Positions 38,210 to 49,440 of a stretch of DNA of 64,000 nt are shown here, in pieces. Source of the DNA: Raillietiella orientalis. Its lineage: Eukaryota. The position numbers were made by a program, and so were the translations under genes. Below the pieces are notes generated by a model, which had not been told where the DNA came from, did no database searches, and was given only the letters and a program-made list of their open reading frames with translations. Position 1 is the first letter of the stretch, and each line of letters opens with the position of its first letter. The stretch covers positions 4,898,001 to 4,962,000 of the forward strand of contig JAYWIR010000005.1 in NCBI GenBank assembly GCA_036172245.1, read 5' to 3'.

Positions 38210-39259
38210 TGCAGATGGAGGACACACCTCGCTTGGTCTCCCATGAGATAGGGTACAGAAAGGACGAGAATAGTTTGCCTACAGCGTTCAGAGCTCGCTT
38301 TCAGCAAAACCCCTTGGGTGCTGGGACTGGGGCGTTCACAGCACTCAGACCTCAAGATCCGTACCATGGGCCTCCGGCTGTTCTTTCGAGAGTCCCTCGC
38401 GTTAGCTGGGCGTCCCATGAACGGAGGAGCTCACGGAAGGTCGCTCGGGAAGTAGTTGAGACGTGCCCATTCTGATCGGATTCAGGCGGATGTCAGTTTG
38501 TACCAGGGGGCCACCGCTCGAGGACGCTCGCTCCCCAGCCCGACTTGTGCTGGGCATCCGTTGGCGGAGAACGCACCTCGGTCCGGTTACCGCCACTCCT
38601 TGTGACCACTCGAGTCGCCCCGGATTGCGGCGAAGAGATCCACTGCGCGCGGTTCGTCCCCTTTTCGTAAGTGCTGGGAAGTCTTCCCCTGACCCTTTTC
38701 CGCCTCTCCTTCTTTCCTGGGACGCGCATGCGTTTCTGTGAATGCGCGTGTGCTCACTTCTCGGGTTCGCTCGCGTCTCGTCCCCTACTTTCCCCCGCTG
38801 CTCCGAGAGAGCGCGCGGAGGCCTTTTGTCAAGAAGTCTGCAAGTGCCGGGTGGGGTGGGGGGTTCCACCCGGTCACTCCGGGACTTTTATTCTACAGAA
38901 AACAAAGCAAAGATGTGAACGAGTTGGGAGCTGTGTTCCTGAAGGAAAGGACAGGAGACAGGAGTGGGAGGAAGGGAAGGGAATCAACAAAAAAGGAAAG
39001 GTGGGTGGAGACAGGAGATCTGTTTCGGCTCCTTCTTCCCTGGGACCGGCGAAGAGTGCAGGCGGCTTCCCCGGCAACTCCTTCATTCAGACGGGGCCGT
39101 TTCGCTGCGGCCCTCATGAGGGCGGCTCGCTAGGCGAGTGACCTCCCATTGCTGCTCGCGACACTGCTGCGTACGGCGGGCGGTTGCCATGATGCAGTTG
39201 CAACAAAACGTCGCCATCACGACTCCGTGGAGGCCGTCCGCCGCCGCAGAGGTGCCCTC

Positions 39260-39450
39260 CAGGTGCTGGAGCGCTGAAACCATATTTCGTCGCAGATCCT
39301 GGAGGACATTACAGCCTAGCAACAGGTGCTGGAGAGATTTTCGATCGTCCCGCAGCTTCAGCAGCTTGGGGACGTCACTCCCCGTGAAACCAGGTGCCGG
39401 CGTTGGTTGCACTGGAAACCCAGTGGTAAAACGAGGCACCACATGCCGTT
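39260..39450 (-). mobile_element. C-terminal CCHC zinc knuckle of a LINE ORF2 (RNase H-clade type), pseudogenised
   Basis: Across two frameshifts: VVPRFTTG / CNQRRHLVSRGVTSPSC*SCGTIE / SLQHLLLGCNVLQDLRRNMVSALQHL (cf. RLRTGH...SPxCxxCGxxETxxHLLxxC). Cys codons at 39363 and 39354, His at 39328, Cys at 39313. A weak RNase H tail-like stretch LPGG*GVEWERRADL lies upstream at about 39840-39885. Confidence 0.65.
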
Positions 39451-41520
39451 TCCAAAGCGGAAACTCCGAAGCGTCCGCGCGGACAGGGACTCCAAGTTCC
39501 TCGAAGGGAACACTCAACAGTTCTTCAGGGAGAGAGAAGGAGGAGGAGGCCTGAGTCCGTGTATCCGATTCATGCGGAGAAGGAGCTGCCACGTTCCATA
39601 GTCACATCCTGTCCTTTTTACCGCTCTTCGCTACGCCGGACGTGGAGAGCCCCTGAAGATCGCTCATCTAGGCAGAAAACGGAACCTCCCCTTCTGGGCG
39701 GGTAGAGATTCGCTCAAGGGTGAACACGGCGGATTCGTCTAGGGGATAGGCGATGGACAGTTCTTGTGGTGGATCTCCTTCAGTGACCTACGTGGGGGAT
39801 CGTTGTGACTCGCTCCTAGTCTGGCCCGCGAGGCACTCTCAAGTCAGCTCTCCGTTCCCATTCCACCCCTCAGCCTCCGGGAAGGACTCTGGGATAGCAC
39901 AAGGGAGCATGCCCCTGGAGAGAATGACCGTTGTTCCCACGGAGTACGGTGGGACCTCTAGGATAAACCGGAGGGAAATTTTCCCCTCTGGCTTTTCCTG
40001 GAGGAGAGATAGGAGAGAAAGAAGCTGCTTTGGGCCGTCAGTGAGGGAAGATCAGGAGGCACTTTTCGGAGAGTGACCCCTACCGTTCCTCTGGAGGTAT
40101 AGAAGAATTTTTCCGGACTGCTCCGTCGGCATCCCTCTTGGAGGGCGGAGCACTCCCCGCGCCACTCGCCCTGCTGCGCCACCTGGCGTCCGCAGGGCGA
40201 GTCGCTCCTTCCGAGAACTGCACTTCCAAGGCAGTTTTCACGAAGTTCCTCCTCCTTCCGTTGGGGGAGCCGGTGCTGCTCCTGCCCCTTTCTTCGGGAG
40301 GGCCTTCTCCACCTGGTCACGCGCTCTTTCCAGAACTCAAGCGTTCGGCGACCCGCCCTCCGCGGGAGAGCACGCGTTCGCGTGCGCCTTCAGCCGCTGA
40401 CGCGATCGTCTCCTTTCCGAGAAACGGGAAGGCGATGCGGGAGCTGTTCCCGCGAGGGATCCGGACAGCATAATGCGAGAAGCGGACGGTGGGTGGAGGA
40501 ACGAAGGTTTTCTGCTACTGAGGAAGAGTCTGGAGCCGCGCGCTTCCACCGCGGTCGTTCCAGGAAAAAGGGGAAAGGCGAGGGGAACAAAAAGAGAAGG
40601 GTGGATGTTCGCGGCAAAGCCTCCTTCCCTCCTTTGCACCCTGACTCCTCACCTTCCTCCCCTCCATTCAGGAGAGAAGGGAGAGAGAGGATTCTATTCC
40701 TGAGCCGCGAAAGGAGACTTTTCGCTCCTTCTTTCCTTGCCTACTCTTTCTCCATATCCGTCGGTTCTCTCCAGGGAACGCACGCGTCCCGGAACAATGA
40801 GGGTGTTTTTTTTTTTTCTTTTTTGTCTCCGGCGAAGTCTCGTTTTGCCCTCCGCCCGCGTCGTCATGGGAGCACGGGAGGCAAACGGGCTCTTGCTTTC
40901 CTCCCCTCGCTTCGTTTCCGTAGGGACGCCTCCACCCTCCACCCCCCACTTTGACAGACGCCCCTAAGCCTATCTCCCAGAGGGATCCTGGAGGGGTGCA
41001 AGAGGGAGGGAAGGGAAACCCCGCTTCCAGCTCCCTTCAGGATTTGGAATGCCTGGGAGAGGGGAGATCTATTCACCGGAGTTCCCGTTGCACAAGGCCA
41101 ACCGCGGCCACTCCCGGTGGCTCAGTCCGCGCACTGCTGTTCCCCGCGGAAATCCTGGCGGCACAGGGAGCGAGGAGCGTAGGGTGGGCCGACAAGTTCC
41201 CTCCCCCCCTGGCGGCGAAAGAGGTCAGTGCAAGGAGAGGCGTGCTTGTAGGGGACTCCCCTGGGAAGGAAAGGGAGGCACTGTAGGGAGCGGTTCTCTG
41301 AAATCACTGGTCCAGGAGTGGGTGCCGTGTCGTAGGAGAAAATCCAGGCGGGAGGTCGACTTCTGCTTTCTTGCAGGGAAGACGGTGGGATGGGGAAGTG
41401 GGTCCTACGGGTGGACGGACCCGGCCGTTTCCCTCGTACCCGAAGTCCGGGTCCCTCAATCGAGACCATGTCTTGACCAGGGATGAAGGCAGTGGGTCCG
41501 CCTCCAAGAGGCAGCAGCGA

Positions 41521-41770
41521 GGCGCTTTCCTAGGTAGAGATAATTTCAAAACGACATTCCCTGAGCAGCTGCCTTTTTCTCCCCCTCACGCTTTCTTCCA
41601 TCTCCTCCAGATCTCTGCTCCTCCCCTGGAACCCCCTCCCCTGCTCGCCCCTTCAATCACCTCACTCATCTCCTTTTCTGGAGCGACGGAAGCGCTCCTG
41701 CCGGAGGGAGAGGGGGAAAAAATGATGGCGAGGGGACAGCCCTTCCAAGCCGCTTCGTTGACCCTAGGCA
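41521..41770 (+). mobile_element. Possible decayed LINE RT (domains 3-4), R1-like wording
   Basis: DNFKTTF, PPLLAPSITSLIS and PEGEGEKMMARGQPFQAASL (cf. PxxLxxIIxSYLS...EGxxxxxVTxGVPQGSxL). Confidence 0.35.
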
Positions 41771-44700
41771 CGCGGACCTACTTCGTGTCCTCCTCGGGGC
41801 TCGGGTTCGCCGGTTCTTCTTCCGGGAAAATTCCCTTCCAGATTACCCTGGAGGTCCCACCTACTCCGCGGGAACAATGGTCATTTTCTACCGGGGCACG
41901 CTCTCTTGTTCCTCCCAATAACGCTGTACCCGTGTTCCTTGCGGAGGTCGCTGAAGAAGATCCCCCACACGAACTGTACTTCACGTTTCTCGCAAACGAG
42001 AAGTAAGCCGAAGTGGGAGGCGGCACCGCGCACGTGATTCTGCTATCCTCTCCAGTGTTTGCCCACCACGGGCAGCACAGCGTTGGCGACGGGAGTTCGT
42101 CCTCGGCCGGACGAGGAACGCACGTCTGAAAGGTATCAAACGCGCGCGTGCTCTCCGGCGTGGAAAGGTAGGGAAAAGACGGAAAGGAAGGGAGGGAAGG
42201 GAACGATGGGTAGGGAGCGCCTGTCTCCCGGAAGGAAAGCCAGAAGTTGCTCCGGCACGCCTTCCTCGAGAGACAGGGGAGGAGGAGCGGTCGCATCCTG
42301 CCTCCAAAGCAGACGTCCACCGGAAGGAGGGAAGAGGAGCCTGCAGCTTCCTCCGAGGATTTCCAGAAAGGAGGGAGCCAAGGCTTCAGGATGAGCGTTC
42401 TCCCGCAGAGGAAAAGGGGTAGGAGTCCCGGGAGCTCCTGGCTCCGGTGCCGGGGAAGATGCGGTGATCTGGAGCAGGAGCAGGCGGCACAGCGAGTCCT
42501 GCCCTCTCCAGCAGCAGTTTCCAACCGCTACAGCCAAGAACAACAAGCTCTGTCTCCTGCTCGGCAGCGACCAAGCATGGGGAAATTTCGCGGAGGTCCG
42601 GGAATTCCGGGAGATCAGCGGGCGCAGCTGTGAAGGGCGCTTGGCGCTGCTTCAAGATTCTTGTTTCCCTTCCTGCGCCGTTTACCTCCGTTGAAGTCCG
42701 ACCGTTCCTCGGGAGTGCCCGTCCGCGACTCTCGCTCCTGCGACAGGTTCGTTGCTGCTCCAGGCATGAGAAGAATCGGAAGGGCCTGCAGTGAGGGAGG
42801 GGGCGGAAGAGTTCATCCTGGATCGGTGTTCCCAAGGTCGCTACGCTGGACGACGCAGCAACCCGCACGCTAGCCAGCCTCAGGCAAGGGAGCTGCGCGT
42901 TACCGTGGACCGCTTTCGACTGGCGGCGCTTCGGAAACGCGAAGGTCTCGTACACGTGAAGGTCGGGGGAGGGCAGGGGGGGCGCTTACTAAGGGCGGCT
43001 GCGGCTTCTAGACATCCCACCAACGCCTGCTCAGAGGACGTTTGCCACGGCGTCATGTTTTCGGCGCAGATGCTGCCATCTGCGGTTGGAACGCTGTTCC
43101 ATCCCGGACCACGAAACACGAACCTTTTGGGCACACAGACTCTGGAAACACTCTCCCCACTTTCGACGCGAATCACTGAATCCATGATGCCCCAATACTG
43201 TCTTCGTTGTTCACTGCATCCTTAATGTGCACCGCAGTGTGCAGATTTCATAGCAACGTTAAGGCAGGTGGGTTCCATGTTTAACTGGTTTGGTGCACAC
43301 CGAGAGTTGCATTGAAGTAGTACACGAATCCAGCCAGCCGTGTGATCCCGCTTGCTCGAGATTTCTGAGAGGGACTGATTCCTCAGCTACGCGGTCATCG
43401 CGTTCCCCGCTCGAAGCGTGGCGAGCTGGCACCGCGCCAAACTTCACTCCCGCGATGTACCGTGGGAAAGTTTGGAAGGAAAATGTATGGGGGTGTGTCA
43501 CGAAGTTGGGGCATCTCCTTGGTGGGGTGTCCTATCCGTTGAAACTTTCCGTTTTGCCTAGAGAATGTCGTAAATTTCCGAGCGTGCGGTTCACTTCCGA
43601 TAGCCCGGATGAGATTGGTTCGTTAGTTGGGATAGGGATTCCCTTAACAGATGAAGATTCAAGAGCGTCGTCCTCTTTCACGAGTGGGAGGAGCGTTTCC
43701 TATGCCAGGAAATCCTGTACCTCTTGCAACCACAGTCGCATTTTAAATCCAACGGGAAAGCTAGTTTCCGGAAGCTCCTCTGCCATCTACCGTCTTGAAA
43801 TCAAAGTTTTGTAGTTCTCTCAAAGCAGTGCAGATGAAAGGGAGAGCAGCAACCTTGCCTTTCTGTTCTTGAACAACTTTTCACTAAAGAAACGAATGAC
43901 CTTCCCTTCAAGAAAAAAAAAAGAACCGCACTTCAAGAAAGGATCTGCTTCCTACTTTCGTTTTCGCGTAGTAAAGGGATGGGGGTATGCAGTCATGTCC
44001 AGTTCCAACTTCACGGACCCACAGGGATGTCCAAAATGAGCTGGTTGGAGGAGATCCCAAAACTTCCCTTGAAATGAATGTAGGAGCCGTTCCTAGACTC
44101 ACAAGAAACCTCCAGGAACGTTCAAGGGGAGGAGGAAAGGAAGAACCATGAGTGATGGGGGCAGACGAAAGGAGGGGATGGTCCACTGATGAGAAAGAAG
44201 CATGGAAGAGGCTGTGGAGAGGGAGGAACCGTTGGAATTGCGTGTCCAGAACGTGCCTATTGGAGGCGCACTAGAAAGGGATGCTCCGAGTAGTACGATC
44301 CCGGGGCCTCCCATCGGACGGGATGCACTCCCGATTCCAGTTCCTTCTGGCTTGGCAGGTTTTCGGGAAGGAGAGTGAGAGGGCAGTTTCAAAAGAAACA
44401 AACGCAGGCATCAAGGATGAGATTTCAGGGCTGCCCTGGGAGAGAAAGAAAAAGATGACTCCCAGACGCTGGAGTAGGAAGAAGAAGAAAAGGGTTGCCC
44501 TCTAGCCTTCTGGGGTGTGACGGAAAGCATGAAGGGTGGAAAAAACAGCATTGCGAAGCGGAATGGGCCAAGGGAGATACAGGGGTGAAGGATGATCGTC
44601 CATGAACTGCATGGCCAGACGGTTTGTTTGGGCTCCAGATTACCCGCCGCCAACGGAAACGCCAGATTTGGCTTACAGAACCCTCATCCCAAAAGGAGGA

Positions 44701-45658
44701 AAGGGAAAACTGCTCTCCGAAGCTGCCATGAAGATGTTCCTCCCCGTCATGAAGCATCCCAAGTTTCGGTCTGAAGTGCGGCAGGGGAGCTTTGCTGCGA
44801 GAGATGAGTTTCTCTGGGAAGATCGATCTCGAGTCGAATGAGAGGTTTTCCAGTCCCGATAGGGAGAGGCTTGGGTCCAATCGCACAGGAACGGTGGCGT
44901 GGGATGGGCTTTGGCGGCGACAGTTAGGCCACGAAACAGCTGATCCAGCTGCCAGCTGGAAAAAGCGTCTTCCTGCACCCCGGAGACCCTTAGCAGGAGA
45001 GCACAAAGGCGTGGGTGCCTTCGAGAAAGCGCCTCAAGAATAGGGTGCTCGATCTCGCTGCGGGACCGGCGGTCACCTCCTCATTCCCCACGACAAACGT
45101 CTCGTTTCTGCCTTTCCGCAGCTCTGGGCGCGGATCTCGGGTCCAGGCGTGCCTCCTCTGACTGGAAAGCCACGCTGGCCGGCTTCCCGGTCCGACCAAG
45201 TGGCCGCTGCGACAGCACTGTCGTCCGCCGGCTGTTTCTCTCGCGTGCCTCGCTCCTCCGCGCACCTCTCACTCTGGAGCTTTCCCGACAGCGAGTACCT
45301 CCCGTCTCCGGGCTGGCAGCGGGTCGGAGACGGCGGATGGCGCTGCAGCGTCTTTCCTAGCTGTTCATCTTTTCCCCCTTCCCCTTCTGTAATCGAGTCC
45401 CATGCGCGCGCGCTTTCTGCGGGAGCACCCGCCGGTGGTACCGCTACAAACTCGCACCTGACGAATCTCCTCCACCTTCGAGAGAGGCACCGCTGCTGCA
45501 CACGAACCGTCGGACGGTCGCCTCTTCCCGGTCACCTTTTGGGGCGCCCCGCACATCACCTTCTCTGGAGGATCTCGTGAGCGGGCGCATCGTGGGCTGC
45601 CGGAGCAGGAGGAAGAAATGTCTCGGTCCGAATGGCGCGTGACGCCATTCGGACCGAG

Positions 45659-45920
45659 GACGTCCCCTTTTGATAGCGCGTGTGCGAAGCCAGGAACGAC
45701 GGCTCGAAGTGCTCGAAGACGGAGAGTGCCACCTTATTCAAGAAGTTCAATGGGATGATGCCAAGGTGGTGAGAAAAGGATGGGGAGCTGGATACGGTTT
45801 GCGTTGCCAAGGTTACTTACGGACTCCAGTGCGTCTGGAGCGCGCCATAATCTTCCTCCTGGATGCGTCCACATCTATATCGGCGTTCCCGATCGGATTT
45901 CTCCTTTGCTGTTTTTGATC
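45659..45920 (+). mobile_element. Decayed LINE RT (domains 3-4)
   Basis: DV..FDS (45659), TLFKKF, SWIRF...LLTD, IYIGVPDRISPLLFLI (GVP at 45882; cf. GVPQGSxISPLLFxI). Confidence 0.55.
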
Positions 45921-46164
45921 AGCGAGATCCTAAGTGCTCTCGGGAGAAACTGCTTCATCCGAGGAAGCATGATGTGGTCCAGCGGATTCCGTGACGCAAG
46001 CAGAGGTAGTTTTCACTCGAGAGGGGTGGGTGGGGAGGGGGAGGGTGTGGTAGACGTGAGCTTCCGCAGAATGCTGACCTTCGTGCCGGAGCAGGGAACA
46101 TTTATCTCTCTCAGGAACACACCAGTAACGGCAATCCCTGTGGACCCGAAAGCACTGAGGAGAT

Positions 46165-46336
46165 CAAGTAAATGGAGGGCTGACGAGGCCACCTCGTGGG
46201 GACTGAGGCTGGTACCTTTCTTTGGTGATAAGAACACTTTATCTTTGGGGATAAGAACGGACCGACACACCCGCTTCCCCGGGCTCCCGCAAGCAGCCGT
46301 TGCGATTTCCCTTTCCTCTCTAGTGAAGGCGGGGTC
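46165..46336 (-). mobile_element. Decayed LINE RT N-terminal fragment (domains 0-2)
   Basis: DPAFTREEREIA (cf. PFTxEELxxA), SPG, VLIPKDKVFLSPKKGTSLSPHEVASSAL, with spacing matching VLIPK...PxNYRPISLLxVxSKxL. Confidence 0.45.
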
Positions 46337-48904
46337 AGCACTCGCCTCGATCGTCCTCCTCCGCCTTACGAAGATGAGAAGGCCGAGAGCACTCATGTCT
46401 CGTAGGGAGTCAACATGAAGACTTTCGTTTCGTGAAAAAGGGAGGAAAACGGAGAGCCTACTTCCCTTCTGGAGCATGGTGTGAGCAACGACGTCACGGG
46501 AAGGGTGCTCTCCGTGCAAACGCAAGAAGGCAGCGGAAGTCTGGAAGCACGGCTTCAGTGGTGCTCAGGATGTCGAAACTGAGGAGCAAGAATGAGGATC
46601 TCTCTTTGCGGAGGATCCCACTCTTGGTCCGTGAGTCGCTCACCGCCTGCCGTCGGAATGCCTTTATCGGACCACAGCGCGTCCAGTGACGTGCGTGGCC
46701 GATGCCACCGCCAGAAGCGGCAAGACGCGTTGAACATGCTGCAGGGGCAAACTTGTGCCCCGGATGCCCTGGAGAGGAAAGCGAGCTTCGCGCGGAGGAA
46801 AGCCGATGGCGCCATCTTCCGCTTTCCAAGAAAGGGGGATTGTTGGAAAGTAGAAGATGTTCCCTGACAAGCGTTCGCTGCTCTCTGAAAGCCCTTCTTG
46901 GGAATCCCCTGCGAACTTGTGCTTCCAGGATCCCCTGCCATGGGTCTTTGCTTCAAGGACGCGCAGGCGCAGAGGGAACTTTCGACCGCTGAGACAGAAT
47001 TCCTCGTTTCAGAAGGGCCAGAATCATCACCGATGAAGTTCCCCGACTGTTTGGGGAAGGGGGAGGAAGTATGACAGGAGGGAATTCCCTATCCTCCCTT
47101 CCCAGCTTGAGTTTGAGATTGCATGGCTCCTCAGCACCTGAAAGCCAAACTGCTCAACACGAGGAAGGGCTCTTTTGTTTGCCGTTGCCACTTTTGTCTT
47201 TTCTTGTGCCCTTCGTGCTGCCCAAGACTTTATGAGTCCTGAGTGCTCCAAATGTTCTCTGGGGAGTCAAAGGTCCAGAGCGAGGCCCAAGTCGCTAGCA
47301 TGGGCAAGTCTTCCAGTCGATCTTCGCGGTCCCAGCCGTGTCCAACGCGAAGCATGGGAGACCTCCGGAAGAGCACGCGGACTTCCGAGACGGGTCCCGC
47401 AAGCAAGTGAGGCGGCGATGGGTAGAGGGTCCGTGTATCTGACGGAAGGAGAGATCGGGGATAAGGAAGGGAGGACGACAGGAAAGCCTCGGAGCAGGGT
47501 TGCTCCTTCCCTCCTTTCCCATCGATCCAACGTCCTCAGTTTTTGTGCTTCTCCGTCCGCCCTCCTGTTAGTAGGTTTGCAACAGGTCCCAGCATGGGAG
47601 GTACTTTCACTCGGGGCTGCTTGCAGCTGCGTTCGCAAAGGAAGGGAAAGAGGGAGGCGCCATTGAACTTGGAGCTCCCTTGGCGCGCAGTGTCATTATA
47701 AGCTGTCGGCGTCATTCTTGCGGGAAAGGATCGGGAAAAGTCAGGCGATCCGAGAGGGCAAGTCTCCAGGCTGATGGCATCGGCAGAGCGACCTGCCTCC
47801 GGCGTGTCCGTGGGAAGAGACGCAGTCTGTCTCCGAGGAGAGAGCGGAAGAGCGGAATGGCAGAAGGGGGAGGGGGAAGAAGGCTTTTCTGACGTCATCC
47901 CGGTCTCCTTCCCTGTTGCATGAAGGAGGTTGGGGTCAGGCGAACGGTTTCGTGTTCCTCTCGAGGCATCGTCATGACCCGCCGGTCACGCGGAAGACGC
48001 GTGCGTGGTGCTCCCCCCCTTTCTGCCCGTTCCTGCTGCCGCACGCGCGTGGTCGCGGTGGTGCTGGTGGGTGTCCCAGCCAGTGAGGCGGAGTGGAATG
48101 TGAAGAGCGAGACGCTGCTACTCTGCTTCGACTCTGCCGAGACCTCAGTGACGGCGCTCCTCGGATCCCAGACGCATCCCGAGGAGTGTGCGGAGTGGCG
48201 GACGGGTCGCAGCGCGGCGGCTGCGTGGGTCTCTCTGGAGGGGAGGACCTCCTCACTTGCTCTCCAGTCAGCTACGAAGTCTGACTCCCCTCCCCTCCCC
48301 TCCCCTCCTCTCTGTGAGATCAGACCGCTCTCTTCCCCTACTATCTTCATCTCTCGTCCCCGCTGCCGCTGTCCGCAGCCACCGGCGATGCGCAACCCGC
48401 AACCTCCGTTTCGAAGCTTTTTCAGTGGACCCTGTGCCAGCGGGCAGGGACTTTCCTCTCCCCTCTCTCCTTCAATTCCTGCATTCTGGTGAAAAGGACG
48501 ATGAAGAGGAGAGGGAGAGTTAGAGAACAATGAGGATGATGAAGAGGGGAGAGAGGCAAGTCAAGAGGAACATGAGGATGGATAAGAAGAAGACCACGAC
48601 GACGACGACGATGATGAGGGGGCAGATGGGAGTGCTTCCGGATGCATCCGTGGAAAGCCACGCGAAAGGCGGCAAATGTCTCCTCCTCTTTCTTCTCTCT
48701 TTGCTTTGGTGATCGGGAGAGCGCACGGAAGGGGATGGAGGCTCCGGGTGTGTGTGAGAGGCTGCACTGCCAGCTTTTTGAGTCGCACCCTCTTCAGACT
48801 GCGGGATTTGAGCCGCTTTCTTGCGCCTCTCCTCCCTTTCCGGCAGAGGAGCGATGGGATCCAATCCTGCTCCTGTCGAAGGAGGAAGAGGAGACACGCG
48901 GCGA

Positions 48905-49440
48905 GGAAGAGTCATCCGGTCTTCATGGGATGGGGGTAGGGAGGGAAGGGGCTTGACGTGACCTCGTTCCTGCATTCACCACTCGACTTCTTTCTCCTGT
49001 TTTCTCTTTGCTCCCTCCTTCTCTCCTTTGACCTTACAGTCCTCGAAGAGCAACGTTGGGTGGTTCGCATAGGAGGGGTGCTCCTCTGCGGAACTAGTGC
49101 GGATGGGTTTCCTTGGAAATGTGAGGAGAAGGTGACGCTGCACTCCGCTCCATCCGTCTCGGATGACAGCTTCGACTTCCTTCTTCCTACCCTGTGGAAC
49201 GCCTCGCGTTTTAATTAGCCCGGAGGGAGTGCCACGCTTCGTCTTCTCGTCATCCCCCGTCAGCTGCTCCAGCGGCAGAGCGATTCTCTGGTTTGCGGTT
49301 TCCTGGTGACGGTGGGCGGCGATGCCAGTGGGACCAGAATAAACCGGGGAAAGGCTGGCGCCGAGCAAATCGCGGCCGCTCCCCTCTGCTCCCCCTCCCT
49401 TCCCGGCGAAGCAAACGCTCGAGGGATCTGAGAAGATCGC
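48905..49440 (-). mobile_element. Decayed LINE RT (domains 3-6)
   Basis: AIFSDPS-AFAS (49440 downward, cf. AIFLDLSKAFDS); TRGVPQG (49189-49209); SYANHPTLLF (cf. YADDTxL); EW*MQERG; PMKTG*LF (cf. PxKT). Spacings are somewhat longer than typical. Confidence 0.5.

Noticed and set aside
41611..42002. Candidate exon (pyrimidine tract plus CAG acceptor, AA|GTAAGC donor, open frame)
   Set aside because: No phase-compatible partner exon or recognisable host protein found; the frame overlaps a probable RT relic. Exonisation cannot be excluded without RNA-seq.
48488..48625. Acidic D/E-rich coding-like tract (similar one at 50660-50740)
   Set aside because: Interrupted by a frameshift and an in-frame TAA; consistent with GAN trinucleotide slippage.
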